Origin: Squalus acanthias | Taxonomy: Eukaryota | NCBI GenBank assembly: GCA_030390025.1 | Contig: CM059433.1 | Coordinates: 3,224,001 to 3,288,000 of the forward strand | DNA length: 64,000 bases | Direction of reading: 5' to 3' | Shown here: one piece after another, positions 13,622 through 24,022 of the stretch | How positions within the stretch are numbered: position 1 is the first letter of the stretch | Layout of the letters: the number at the start of each line of letters is the position of its first letter | Translations under genes and position numbers: made by a program | Notes under the pieces: model-generated | Seen by the model: the letters and a program-made list of their open reading frames with translations, nothing else | Database searches by the model: none | Told to the model about the DNA's origin: nothing

Positions 13622-14127
13622 ACAAGGATTTAAGTCCATTTGTTCACTATTTTAGCACATTGTTCAACATGTTTACGTTAGTTTCCTTTCTGCGCTATTT
13701 TAACTCAATCATTAACTCATTTAAAATAAATAGTTTAATAACTGTGCTAGAATGGTGCAGAGAGTAAGTTAGTGCAAATACATTAACTAGTGCATTAAAA
13801 AGTAGCAGACAAAGCAGAATGAACCCAATATTCTGATTTGTTTCTTCACTTCAGCGCTGAGCTGCACAGTCACAGATTCTGTGGGGTCCACTTGGCTGTC
13901 TGACAGTCTGTCAGATTTCCACTTTAGACGCTGCACATATTCTGCTACAGCCAGGGAAAAAAAACAGTTAGACTCAGTCTTAGATTTAATAGGTGTTCAA
14001 AACTATGAAGGACTTTGAAAAAGAGTAAATAAGGAGAAACTGTTTCCAGTGGCAGGAGGGTCGGTAACCAGAGGACACAGATTGAAGGTAATTGGCAAAA
14101 GAACCAGCAAGGAGATGAGGAGACAAT

Positions 14128-16835
14128 GGCTGCGATTTTACAAACCTCGGCGGGACCGTGTCGGGTGATGTTGGTGGCGGGTCCCGACCCCACTGCTGTC
14201 TCCATCCCGGCCTCTGAAATGAATTTCCCGAGATTGGGCTTGTTAAGCCCCGCCCAATGCGTTTGCCGGCCAATTAGAGGTGTTGGTTATGACCAACATC
14301 ACAGGTGCTGAATATGGAGGCCTTGAGTGCAGACCAGGCGCTGTGGACACTCTGTGTCTCTGAATCACTGGGAGTCATCAGGTTGGTTGTGAGGCGCAGG
14401 CTGAATCGAGCTTTCTTAGCGGGGTCTTTGAGTGCTCCAGCGCTGATTTTCCTGCGGCATTGTTTCTGTTGCCGCCACTGTTTTGGGGCTACATTGATGG
14501 CGATGACAGAACGGATTAGGCGGTGGTCTGTTCAGCAGTCGTCAGCTCCTGTCATGGCATGGGTGATGCAGACGTCCTTGCGGTCCCTCGCTCGGACGAT
14601 GACGTAGTCCAGCAGATGCCAGTGCTTGGAGCGAGGGTGCTGCCCTGAAGCCTTGTACTTGTCTCTCTGACGGAACAAGGTGTTGGTTATGATAAGCTCA
14701 TGGTCTATAGAGCAGTAGTGATACCCGTCCTCCTGTATGCCTCAGAGACATGGACCATGTACAGCAGGCACCTCAAAGCACTGGAGAGGTACCACCAACG
14801 CTGCTTCCGCAAGATCCTGCAAATCCATTGGCAGGATAGTCGTACCAACGTCAGTGTTCTCGCTCAGGCCAACATCCCCAGCATCGAAGCTTTGACCACG
14901 CTCGATCAGCTCCGATGGACGGGTCACATCGTCCACATGCCCGATACAAGACTCCCAAAACAAGCGCTCTACTTGGAGCTCTGACACGGCAAGAGAGCCC
15001 CAGGTGGGCAGAGGAAACGCTTCAAGGACACCCTCAAAGCCTCCTTGAAAAAGTGCAACATCCCCACCGACACCTGGGAATCCCTGGCCCAAGACCGCAC
15101 AAAGTGGAGGAAAAGCATCCGGGAAGGCGCCGAACACCTCGAGTCTCTTCGCCGAGATCAAGTGGAAGCCAAGCGCAGGCAGCGCAAGGAGCGCACATCA
15201 ACCCAAGCACCCCACCCACCCGCCCCTTCAACCACCATCTGCCCCACCTGTGACAGAGACTGTAGGTCCCGCATTGGACTCATCAGTCACCTGAGAACTC
15301 ATTTTTAATGTGGAAGCAAGTCATCCTCGGTGCGTAAGAAGGTAATTTGAGGAAGTGGTGTTGAGATTAACTTATCTCTGGTCCTTCAAATAATCAGGAT
15401 CGAGTGGAAACCAATACGGTGGGTATGCTGCGTTTAATCGGTGTTACAGATGGATATAACACACTAGTTGTACAGCAAAAACATACGACCGTGACAAGTA
15501 GCGAGTACCAGCCCCGATCGGACAGATGGCTGCCGTGCTTCTTCTTCCTCTCTCTTCCTGAACCACCCAAGAGTGTTAGACTGAAGTCAGCACAGATCCA
15601 CCCTCGGGAGCTCTGCACTCCACCACCGGCACTGGAGGCTTTTTCAGGTCTTTCTTTTATATTCTTTTTAGGGGTGGACCTGGGGTAGAATATTAACAAG
15701 ACCATCTAACCTATAGAGGTTCCCCTTAAAACAAGGTGCCCAATGGTATGTCGAGTTCTTTGTTTAAGCCATGGAAAAAGGGTCAACCCTCCTGTTATTT
15801 TCCACCTTTCAGGGGTCCTTTTAGCCATTACATAAGAACATAAGAAGTAAGAACAGGAGCCGGCATTCGGCGCCTCGAGCCTGCTCCGCCATTCAATAAG
15901 ATCATGGCTGATCATCGACCTCAACTCCACTTTCCCGCCCGATTGCCATATCCCTTGATTCCCCTAGAGTCCACTGGTTTCTGTACCTAGCCAATCATGG
16001 CCTTACAGCATGTTGAGCATACGAGGCCTGTTTTTCCTTTATCTCTTCCGGCCCTGTCCTCCCCAGTTTGGAGTAAGACATACCATTCTCGGCCTTCAGA
16101 TGTTCATAGCTGCTTGTTATCAATTATTTATGTTCATGTAGCTGGCTGTGCAAACTAACTATTTCATTTCATTATCAGACTATTGTACCATGAAATGAAT
16201 CATTAAATTCCCAAAGATATCCTCTGTTCTATTCTTACACACTGGTTAACTTACGCAGCTTTGTTAAACAAAGTCAGAATCCTAACTTAGCATTATTATA
16301 TGGTTCTTAGCGGTAATGGAAGAAACATAGGCGTTGGCCTTGGTTGGCCAAACTAAAGATACAGTAATGAGGTCAGTCTGGACGGAGACTTGTGTAAAGA
16401 CTTGCAACATTTTGAAACTGTAGTGGAAATGCAATTTAGAGAAGCTAATGGTTAAGGAAACATTTCTCAATCAGCTGGGAGTTTTGACTTGACATTTGAA
16501 GCTGTCAATTCATCAGCTGATTCAATGGCGAGTGACCTCCCGCCTCAGCTTCACAGACGAGGTCTAGGCACAGCGGGAAACTGGTGGGTGACCGCTCAAA
16601 TCCAAAAAGCTGGGGAAAAACCATTGATAAGTGGCTGTAAAGAGGCCAATAATGATTTTAATTGCCTCCCCCGCCGCTGCGTGTCGGGTCTGCTCAGCGC
16701 TAGTGGACCCGACATTTGGTAAAGGCGCGTGGCAGCGGGTTCACAGCGGAGTCCCGACCCGCTGGGGGAAAAAGGACACTTTCCCACCCGACCCGCCACC
16801 GATTGCTCCCGCTGACCCCCCACAAAATCCAGCCC
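14128..16835. mobile_element. Harbinger-family element splitting a CR1 fragment (13985-14127 / 16836-17070), carrying an RTE insertion and unassigned sequence
   Basis: Arms resemble 40008-40160 and 41950-42071; CR1 text ...GATGAGGAGACAAT resumes as ATTATTTTACGCAG. Confidence 0.6.
14280..15330 (+). mobile_element. RTE (BovB-like) LINE with 5' inversion
   Basis: 14697-15308 VYRAVVIPVLLYASETW...CPTCDRDCRSRIGLISHLRTH on +; 14280-14697 endonuclease-region text (ITNTLFRQ...HWHLLDYVIV) on -. Confidence 0.85.
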
Positions 16836-17974
16836 ATTATTTTACGCAGTGAGTTGTTATGATGTGGAATACACTGTCTGAAAGGGTGATGGAAGCAGAT
16901 TCAATATAAACTTTCTAAAGGGAATTGAATAAATACTTGAAAAGGACATTTTGCAGGGCTATGGGGAAAGAGCGGGGAGAGGGGGAGTGGGACTAATTGA
17001 ATAGCTCTTTCAAAGAGCCGGCACAGGCACAATGGGCTGAATGGTCTCCTTCTGTGCTCTATGATTCTGTGAACTTTTCTGTAACTAATGTTAATGCATA
17101 AATGCCAACTATTAGATGACAGTCAGCATTTCAAAATATGTTGCAGCTCCATAGCATTTCACGAGAAAAATCACTTTTTTTTCCATTGGTATGGAGGTTG
17201 TCAGTATCATTATCCACTGATATTCCAATATTTATAAATTTACTACAGTTCCTTACTGTTTGTGGGTGAGTTACAGCACCCAGTAATGTTCTTTAACTTT
17301 GAAAGCAGTTCTCAGTTTGTTTACACACTCCTGGTGGACTTCTCCTTGTTAACAATGTAGTAACTGGGGAAAGAGCAATCGATAACCATGGGGGAGTGTG
17401 AGGATTGATATTAGTAATCAGAAGACAATAATAGGCTGTAAACACCAGACTGGAGGGAGGCAGTCTGTCAGGCACCCCTTAAAGCAGAACATTCAACTCC
17501 CCACGCTCATTCCAGCAAACCACATCTTCATGCACTTCATTTGTTTTTTTTTTATTTCCAAGTACAAGAAAATAAACCTTTTTGAGCAGGGTGAAAAAAA
17601 CAGTGCAGGCTGGAAATTACAGGCGGTGGTAATGGCACACCAGTGCTTGACGGGGGTGAAATTGGTCCACGTCAGTAGTGAGGAATGGGCTCATAGTGAA
17701 TCGGCAGCCCGGTGAACTCAATGGAATAAAAAATCGGGAGTTGTGTAAAACTGGCTGCCGATTCACTATGAGCCCTTCTCGTGCGACTGGTGTAGACCAC
17801 TTTCGCCCCCAATATGTCCGTATTACATTCCTCGGCTGTTTTAACAACAGCATTGTGCATTTATTTTAAATAGGTTAAGGCCTCTGTTAAAATAGCTGAC
17901 AGAGGAACACCATATGAACATTTAAATGTTAGTCCATTGCTATCCACAATGGACATTTCTTAACTCATACTTTA

Positions 17975-18605
17975 GGGTATTCAGCTCATCCGCTGCTGAA
18001 GCCCTCATCCATGCCTTTGTTACCTCTAGACTTGACTATTCCAACGCACTCCTGGCCGGCCTCCCACATTCCACCCTACGTAAACTTGAGGTCATCCAAA
18101 ACTCGGCTGCCCGTGTCCTAACTCGCACCAAGTCCCGTTCGCCCATCACCCCTGTGCTCGCTGACCTACATTGGCTCCCGGTTAAGCAGCGCCTCGATTT
18201 CAAAATTCTCATCCTTGTTTTCAAATCCCTCCATGGCCTCGCCCCTCCCTATCTCTGTAATCTCCTTCAACCCCACAACCCCCCGAGATATCTGCGCTCC
18301 TCTAATTCTGCCCTCTTGAGCATCCCTGATTATAATCACTCAACCTTTGGTGGCCGTGCCTTCTGTTGCCTGAGCCCTAAGCTCTGGAATTCCCCCCTAA
18401 AACTCTCCGCCTCGCTACCTCTCTTTCCTCCTTTAAGACGCTCCTTAAAACCTACCTCTTTGACCAAGCTTTTGGTCACCTGCCCTAATTTATCCTTATG
18501 TGGCTCAGATTCAAATTTTTTGTCTTATAATACTCCTGTGCAGCGCCTTGGGACGTTTTACTACTTTAAAGGCGCTATATAAATACAAGTTGTTGTTGTT
18601 GTTGT
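17975..18605 (+). mobile_element. L2-clade LINE 3' end
   Basis: EALIHAFVTSRLDYSNALLAGLP...ITPVLADLHWLPV; tail AAAGGCGCTATATAAATACAAG(TTG)n. Confidence 0.88.
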
Positions 18606-18966
18606 ATTAAAAACAGAAGATGTTAATGTTTGGAATGACCTTTCATCTGAACTTTATTCTTAGATTTTATTTTGACTCAACCTCAACTTTCCTGAAGCTA
18701 CTTAAATATAGAAACATTGTTTTATTTGTTCCTGGGATGTGGGCGTCGCCGGCAAGACCAGCATTTATTGCCCATCCTTAGTTGCCCTCGAGAAGATGGT
18801 GGTGAGCCGCCTTCTTGAACCGCTGCAGTCCGTGTGGTGAAAGTTCTCCCACAGTGCTGTTCAGGTGGGAGTTTCAGTTAAATACTGTGTATTTAAAATA
18901 GTTAAATCAGTATACCTTAAATCCGAGTAATTGCTGTGGGCTGCGATAGGGTTTGAGATAGGAATA

Positions 18967-19362
18967 AAAAGAAAGACTTGCATTTATATAGCGCCTTTCA
19001 CGACCACCGGACGTCTCAAAGCGCTTTACAGCCAATGACTTACTTTTGGAATGTAGTCACTGTTGTAATGTGGCAGCCAATATGCGCACAGCAAGCTCCC
19101 ACAAACAGCAATGTGATAATGACCAGATAATCTGTTTTAGTGATGTTGATTGAGGGATAAATATTGGTCAGGACACCGGGGAGAACTCCCCTGCTCTTCT
19201 TCAAAATCGTGCCATGGGATCTTTTGTGTCCACCGGAGAGAGCAGACGGGGCCTCGGTTTAACATCTCATCCGAAAGACATCACCTCCGACAGTGCGGCA
19301 TTCCCTCAGCACTGCACTGGAGTGGAGTGTCAGCCTAGATTTATGTGCTCGAGTCTCTGGAG
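18967..19362 (-). mobile_element. Deu-domain SINE, 3' part; interrupted by the LTR element (5' tRNA head at 28749-28813)
   Basis: Colinear with uninterrupted copy 42811-43274; Deu-like core TCTTTCGGATGAGATGTTAAACCGAGG. Confidence 0.85.
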
Positions 19363-21024
19363 TGTAGAATTCGCAATTATCGCGATTTGTTTAATAAGGA
19401 GAAAACACAAAGTTTCGTTCAAACAGCTTTTATTTCAGCAGAATGCTGTCAGGTTTAAATTGGACACAAGCAGCCTGTAAAATGGCCGCCGCACCTCGTG
19501 ACAGAACATTCTAGACTTTTCAACAGGCAGACAAGATGGCGTTCCAATAAACATTTTTGCAAGATCGATAACGATTCAGCACAGTGAAGATAATACCCGA
19601 GACATTATGGGTTTACAGTATAAACATAGTTACTGGAATCGGTCTCCCAGGTACAAAGGAAAGCCATTGCACCGAGTAATTAAGGGCCCATCCAAAAGAC
19701 ATTAATATGCAAACTCCCAACGGCTCTACGATGAGAGAGCCGTTAGCAGGTAGTTATACAGGACACTTGGAAGCCCCAAACCCCTCCAGGGAGAACACCG
19801 ACCGATTTAACAATGGGAGAAGTATTAACAGGTACTCAAACATTCATGAGTAGCCCCGAAACCCATTAAGGACGGAGATCACCCATACAAGACATTTGGG
19901 CGCCAAACCCTAAACAAAAGAATGGACATTATAGTTGGGCGGGAAACGGAAGATTTTTGCACTATAATTGCAGGCCCCAAACCGTCCATTCGCTCTCTTG
20001 ACTCTTGTTCTTGCTCCTGCATTCGCTCGCTTGCTCCTGTGTTTTATCCGGTCGATTCGTAACCTCGTGGCTGCTCCTGTGTAAAAGACTGTTGAACTTT
20101 CTGATCCGTTCGGATCTACCTCGTGTCGCGTAACGAAGACCTATGTTGGTAACTGGCAGCGGAACCAAAGGCCCGAGATGAGATGAGATGAGATGAGATG
20201 AGAGGAGAAGAGAAGAAGACCATATCCATCGCCACGGTCAGTAAATCCCGACCGCGCCTGTAGGTCGATCAGCCAAGTCTTCTCGACAGGAAGTTTTCTT
20301 CTTTAAACTTCTAACAAGACATATTGCATCAATGATAACTGGACTGTGCAAACACATCGTATCAGTGATATTGACAACGGTGCTCCTCAACTAAACTGTG
20401 AAGTCAACCAACAGAGGTCTTCACTACAGCAGACGGTCCAGCCTACTAGCCCGAGCAGCAGAAGCCAGTAAACAAGTGGGACCAGGAGATCTCCTGACCG
20501 ACACGTGGGTGCTGCGGTGAAAAACATCCGATCAGCTATTCGGGATTTCTCCGAGTTATTACGAGTGGTGAGCATGAGTCTCGAGATCCTACGAAGCTAG
20601 TTTAGGATAGATGTTGATAGGGGAGGGTTTAAAGATTAAGGATATTTGTAATGTGTGCCCTATTTACGTTGTGCCGTTCGTTCCTCGTTTCCCTAAGAGT
20701 GATTATAACCGTTTGTAAGATTGTACCGTCATTAATCTGTGCGTATGACATGTATTTCATAATTTTAAGTATCATGCAATAAAGATTTTCCATTTCGTAC
20801 CGTTCAAACCAAGTCTACATGAGTTTTATCTCCATTACTGCTCTCGCATCTAAGTCCAGTGTCTAGAACCGTAAGGGAGAGTGATTCGAACCACTCACAG
20901 GTGGGTCTAGTGTTCCCAGACTGGCTGGAGACCAGGCCTAGACCCGCACTGACATACAGGCTGCACAGAGCCGCGTGAATCTCACAGGCTACGAGACACG
21001 CAGGGTCAGGGAGAATCCCTTACA
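19363..21024 (+). repeat. 5' LTR (1662 bp)
   Basis: TGTAGAATTC...CCCTTACA; repeated at constant offset 7724; GC box 19937-19943, TATAA 19963-19967, AATAAA 20778-20783. Confidence 0.96.
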
Positions 21025-21028
21025 GAAA

Positions 21029-22840
21029 ATGGCGACCGCGGCAGGACACTGGCAGCGAGAGGGTAATGTGTTAGATTTTGGAATGACTGTACGAAATGTT
21101 ATGCAGGAAAAGATAGCGGATTATGTGTTTGGAAAGGTTAATCTAACTAAGAAGTGGATAAGTGAATTGTTAGCGGATAAGAGCCCACTAGAGGCAGCTG
21201 AAAGGTGGACAGATAGTAAGGAACATAAAAAGACAGTTGAGAAAGCAGTCTGGCTTATGTGCTACAAAAGGCAGGTTCAGATTTCAAACCAGACCATTAC
21301 AGCGCTAACAGCTCGAATCAGCCATTTAGAGGGAGAAATGGAGGAGAAGGTTTCTGGAGGGGAGGTGCTCATTAAGAATTTAAATGAGTTACACCAGGAA
21401 AGCCAGGAAGTCTCCAGTCACCTTAAAACAAGGATAGAGTATCTCGAGTGCCAGGTCACTGAAGCAAAATTGAATGAGAGTAGGTTAAAGGAAAGATGCA
21501 ACCGCCAAGCTGCCCAGATAAGAACTCAAGAAGAGAGCTTAATGGGGGTTAGGTCGGCGTATAAGTTGGCCCTTGAGGATAAGTTTCAGGGAGCCGACCA
21601 TAGCGCCTGCCAAAGGGAGATAGAGAGCCTCAAAAAGGCCGTGAATAATGCGAACGGCATGGTGTGCCTTATCAATCCGTCGGCGCACCAGCCGCTAGTA
21701 AATGAGAGATTTAGAAAATCCCCACCAAGTAAAGCAGAAGAAGTAGTAGCCACTGCGCCCTCCGCGCCACCCAGCTATTCAGAAACCTGGGTTAGGGAGG
21801 AAGCAATGGAAGAAACAAAAAAGCCCATTGAAAAGGAAGAAGAAAAGGGATCGTTGTATCCAGTAACGGGTATTAAAAGGGGCCCAAGCAGAAACGGTGG
21901 GGAAGAACCGGGGGATCTCCTCGGACAGCTGGTGTTGCCTCACAGTTCACATCAGCTGAGAGCTATGATAAACCACGTACGGAAGCTGACCGAGATAGAC
22001 GACCCTTCCGTACATTTCAGGGAAGTTGAGCAAGCCGCAGCCATTAACGGCTGCGATGATGGGGAGACAGCAAAAATGCTGCTGTTCTCATTAGACAGCT
22101 CGGTCCTTCAGTGTCTCTCAGGCGAGAGCAAGAGGGGAAACAAAAGTTATGAGGAATTAAAAAATGAGGTCCTAGAAGTAGTGGGGGCGAACGACGGAGG
22201 TCCGTTTGCTAGAGTGGGACAGACAGTGCAGATGGAGGGAGAACCCCCGAAGGTTTTTGCCGACAGGCTGTGGCCAGTATATGAGCGCAGCTGTCTAGGT
22301 GCGCCCGAACGCGAAGATGTGGAAGGCGCCGCTTTAATTCATTGGCTTAGGTGCATAATAGCCAACAGTTTACCAGCCGTTAGAGAGCAGGCAAAAGCCT
22401 GGTTCGATCCCAATGACCTCAACCTTACGGAAGAGTCGGTCTTGAATCGACTCACGTTAGGTTACCGTAATATAAGGGGTATGACGACACGTCCCTTTAA
22501 GGGAAGAGTACATGAGGTACGACCCGCAGCCCCGGCTCAAAAAGAGTGGCATCAGGAGGGAAATCGCGTCCCACAAGCCAGTAATGCTTGTTACGGGTGT
22601 GGGAAGACAGGGCACTGGCGCAAGCACTGCAGGAACCCTTGGAAGGATTCCAAGGATAAAAATCCCGCGGTCCGAGCCCAGGCGCCTGTCCCGGCTAAGG
22701 AAGCCAAGGCACCCACCCCTCCCGACGACCTCGAAGCAGTGTTAGGAGCCATGCGCAAGCTGGTCTTGAATGCGCGTGGACAGGTGGCGGTCGCAACCGG
22801 CCCCGTAGGTGCCGCAGGACCGTCTAATAGTACCCAATGA
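21029..22840 (+). CDS. gag: Gag polyprotein (603 aa from first ATG): coiled coil, PSAPPSY late domain, capsid-like region, CCHC knuckle
   Basis: Open frame; CYGCGKTGHWRKHC at 22589-22630; PSAPPSY at 21758-21778; position directly after the 5' LTR. Confidence 0.9.
   Translation: MATAAGHWQREGNVLDFGMTVRNVMQEKIADYVFGKVNLTKKWISELLADKSPLEAAERWTDSKEHKKTVEKAVWLMCYKRQVQISNQTITALTARISHLEGEMEEKVSGGEVLIKNLNELHQESQEVSSHLKTRIEYLECQVTEAKLNESRLKERCNRQAAQIRTQEESLMGVRSAYKLALEDKFQGADHSACQREIESLKKAVNNANGMVCLINPSAHQPLVNERFRKSPPSKAEEVVATAPSAPPSYSETWVREEAMEETKKPIEKEEEKGSLYPVTGIKRGPSRNGGEEPGDLLGQLVLPHSSHQLRAMINHVRKLTEIDDPSVHFREVEQAAAINGCDDGETAKMLLFSLDSSVLQCLSGESKRGNKSYEELKNEVLEVVGANDGGPFARVGQTVQMEGEPPKVFADRLWPVYERSCLGAPEREDVEGAALIHWLRCIIANSLPAVREQAKAWFDPNDLNLTEESVLNRLTLGYRNIRGMTTRPFKGRVHEVRPAAPAQKEWHQEGNRVPQASNACYGCGKTGHWRKHCRNPWKDSKDKNPAVRAQAPVPAKEAKAPTPPDDLEAVLGAMRKLVLNARGQVAVATGPVGAAGPSNSTQ
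21030..21047 (+). promoter_or_regulatory. Primer binding site, tRNA-Arg(UCG)-type
   Basis: TGGCGACCGCGGCAGGAC 5 nt after the LTR; reverse complement GTCCTGCCGCGGTCG+CCA matches the vertebrate tRNA-Arg(TCG) 3' end as I recall it. Confidence 0.8.
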
Positions 22841-22904
22841 CTAGAGTCCACGCAGCCTGCCTACCTGTGTCCTTTTAAAAGACACGCACAGGAGGGGGTC
22901 TGCG
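22838..22904 (+). promoter_or_regulatory. Putative stop-codon readthrough signal: UGA-CUAG plus 3' stem-loop
   Basis: CAA TGA CTA G; pairing CGCAG(22851)/CTGCG(22900), CCTG/CAGG, GTGTC/GACAC; downstream frame open. Confidence 0.75.
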
Positions 22905-24022
22905 GTGAGGAGGCCAGGTTAAAAGAGCAGGCCTTGCGGGAGGAGAACGCCCGCTTAATAGGGAAAATAGATAGGCTGGAAGGGCAGCTTAGAGAGCAGG
23001 CCCTGCGGGAGGAGAATGCCCGAGCAATGGGAAAGTTAGACGTGCTCAGGCTAGAAGGGCAGCTTAGAGAGATAAAAACAGCCTACAGGGTAGCCAGGAG
23101 CAGGGAGTACGAGGATTTAAAACAGGATAGAAATCTGCAGCCTCCAGCAGGTGAGATTTCACAGAAACAAGCAGGGGCGGTGGCCTGTCTTAAGGGAGGG
23201 GCCAGACCTGCGAGTGGGGAAGCACAGCCCCAGGTAGGACCACAAGGCACACAGGCAGGCATAGCAGCTTGCATCAGGGGAAGGGACATCCCGGACGATC
23301 ATGCAGCGTTTTTCTGGAATTGGGGGTTAGATGAGGAAGAACTCAGGGTACCCTGGTCAGATGAGGATAGTGCAGATGAGCATAGTGATGATGACGGGTG
23401 GTTCCTGAGGAACGGTCTGGAGGGAATGGGGGCTGTAGGTAGAGATCCACACGGGGTGGACACACAAGCTGCAGGTCCCGACAACAGGAGGGAGGAGCTA
23501 GAGGAGGCAGGGCCAGCCGCTATAGGAGCACAGAGAGTACCAATGTGGTTCCCAGAGATGTGGCCGCCCGCTTTGAACGTCCAGTCCTCAGGGGAGGCAG
23601 AGATCACGAGTGAAGGGCCGCCTGCTGGGCCGAGCAGGGCGGAGCCACGAACTACCAGCCCCGAGGTTAGGGAGGCGGAGTCAGCGGAGGCGGAGCCGGC
23701 GACTGTGATGGAACCCCAGGTCGTCCCGTTGGAGGTCTCGGAACCCGGTCCGTCCGTCACGGAACCCCCGCCCATAGCAACTCCCCGTAGGTCAAGTAGA
23801 GAACCCCAGCCCAGGAGGATGTGGTCATGTCCCCAGACTGCCCCAAGGCGTAAAATTCAGGTTAAGATAACCCGGGTAGAGACAGGCCACATCGCAGCAG
23901 TAACAGGCTGCGGCAGATCAGAGGAAAGGGTCAGCGCAGCAACAGGCTGCGGCAGATCAGAGGGAAGGGTCAGTGCCCTCCCACCGTCGGGAAGAGCTCG
24001 CAGCAGCCTTCTCAGAATTTAA
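22841..24022 (+). CDS. ORF2: 393-codon in-frame Gag extension in the pol position; coiled-coil repeats, acidic and Pro/Glu-rich, no enzyme motifs
   Basis: Same frame as gag with no stop 22841-24019; no D[ST]G, YxDD, HHCC or DDE motif visible. Confidence 0.75.
   Translation, partial: LESTQPAYLCPFKRHAQEGVCGEEARLKEQALREENARLIGKIDRLEGQLREQALREENARAMGKLDVLRLEGQLREIKTAYRVARSREYEDLKQDRNLQPPAGEISQKQAGAVACLKGGARPASGEAQPQVGPQGTQAGIAACIRGRDIPDDHAAFFWNWGLDEEELRVPWSDEDSADEHSDDDGWFLRNGLEGMGAVGRDPHGVDTQAAGPDNRREELEEAGPAAIGAQRVPMWFPEMWPPALNVQSSGEAEITSEGPPAGPSRAEPRTTSPEVREAESAEAEPATVMEPQVVPLEVSEPGPSVTEPPPIATPRRSSREPQPRRMWSCPQTAPRRKIQVKITRVETGHIAAVTGCGRSEERVSAATGCGRSEGRVSALPPSGRARSSLLRI

Noticed and set aside
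20174..20203. Short tandem repeats as a CRISPR-like array
   Set aside because: Simple microsatellite without spacers in eukaryotic DNA
20975..21028. ORF-track gag start at 20975
   Set aside because: GTG inside U5 of the LTR; the first ATG is 21029
22873..22880. TTTTAAAA as a -1 frameshift site
   Set aside because: Not in X XXY YYZ phase relative to gag, and ORF2 is already in frame
23299..23775. Antisense ORFs within ORF2/env and short ORFs within the LTRs
   Set aside because: Low-complexity shadows of the sense frame; LTR ORFs are not preserved intact in the solo LTR
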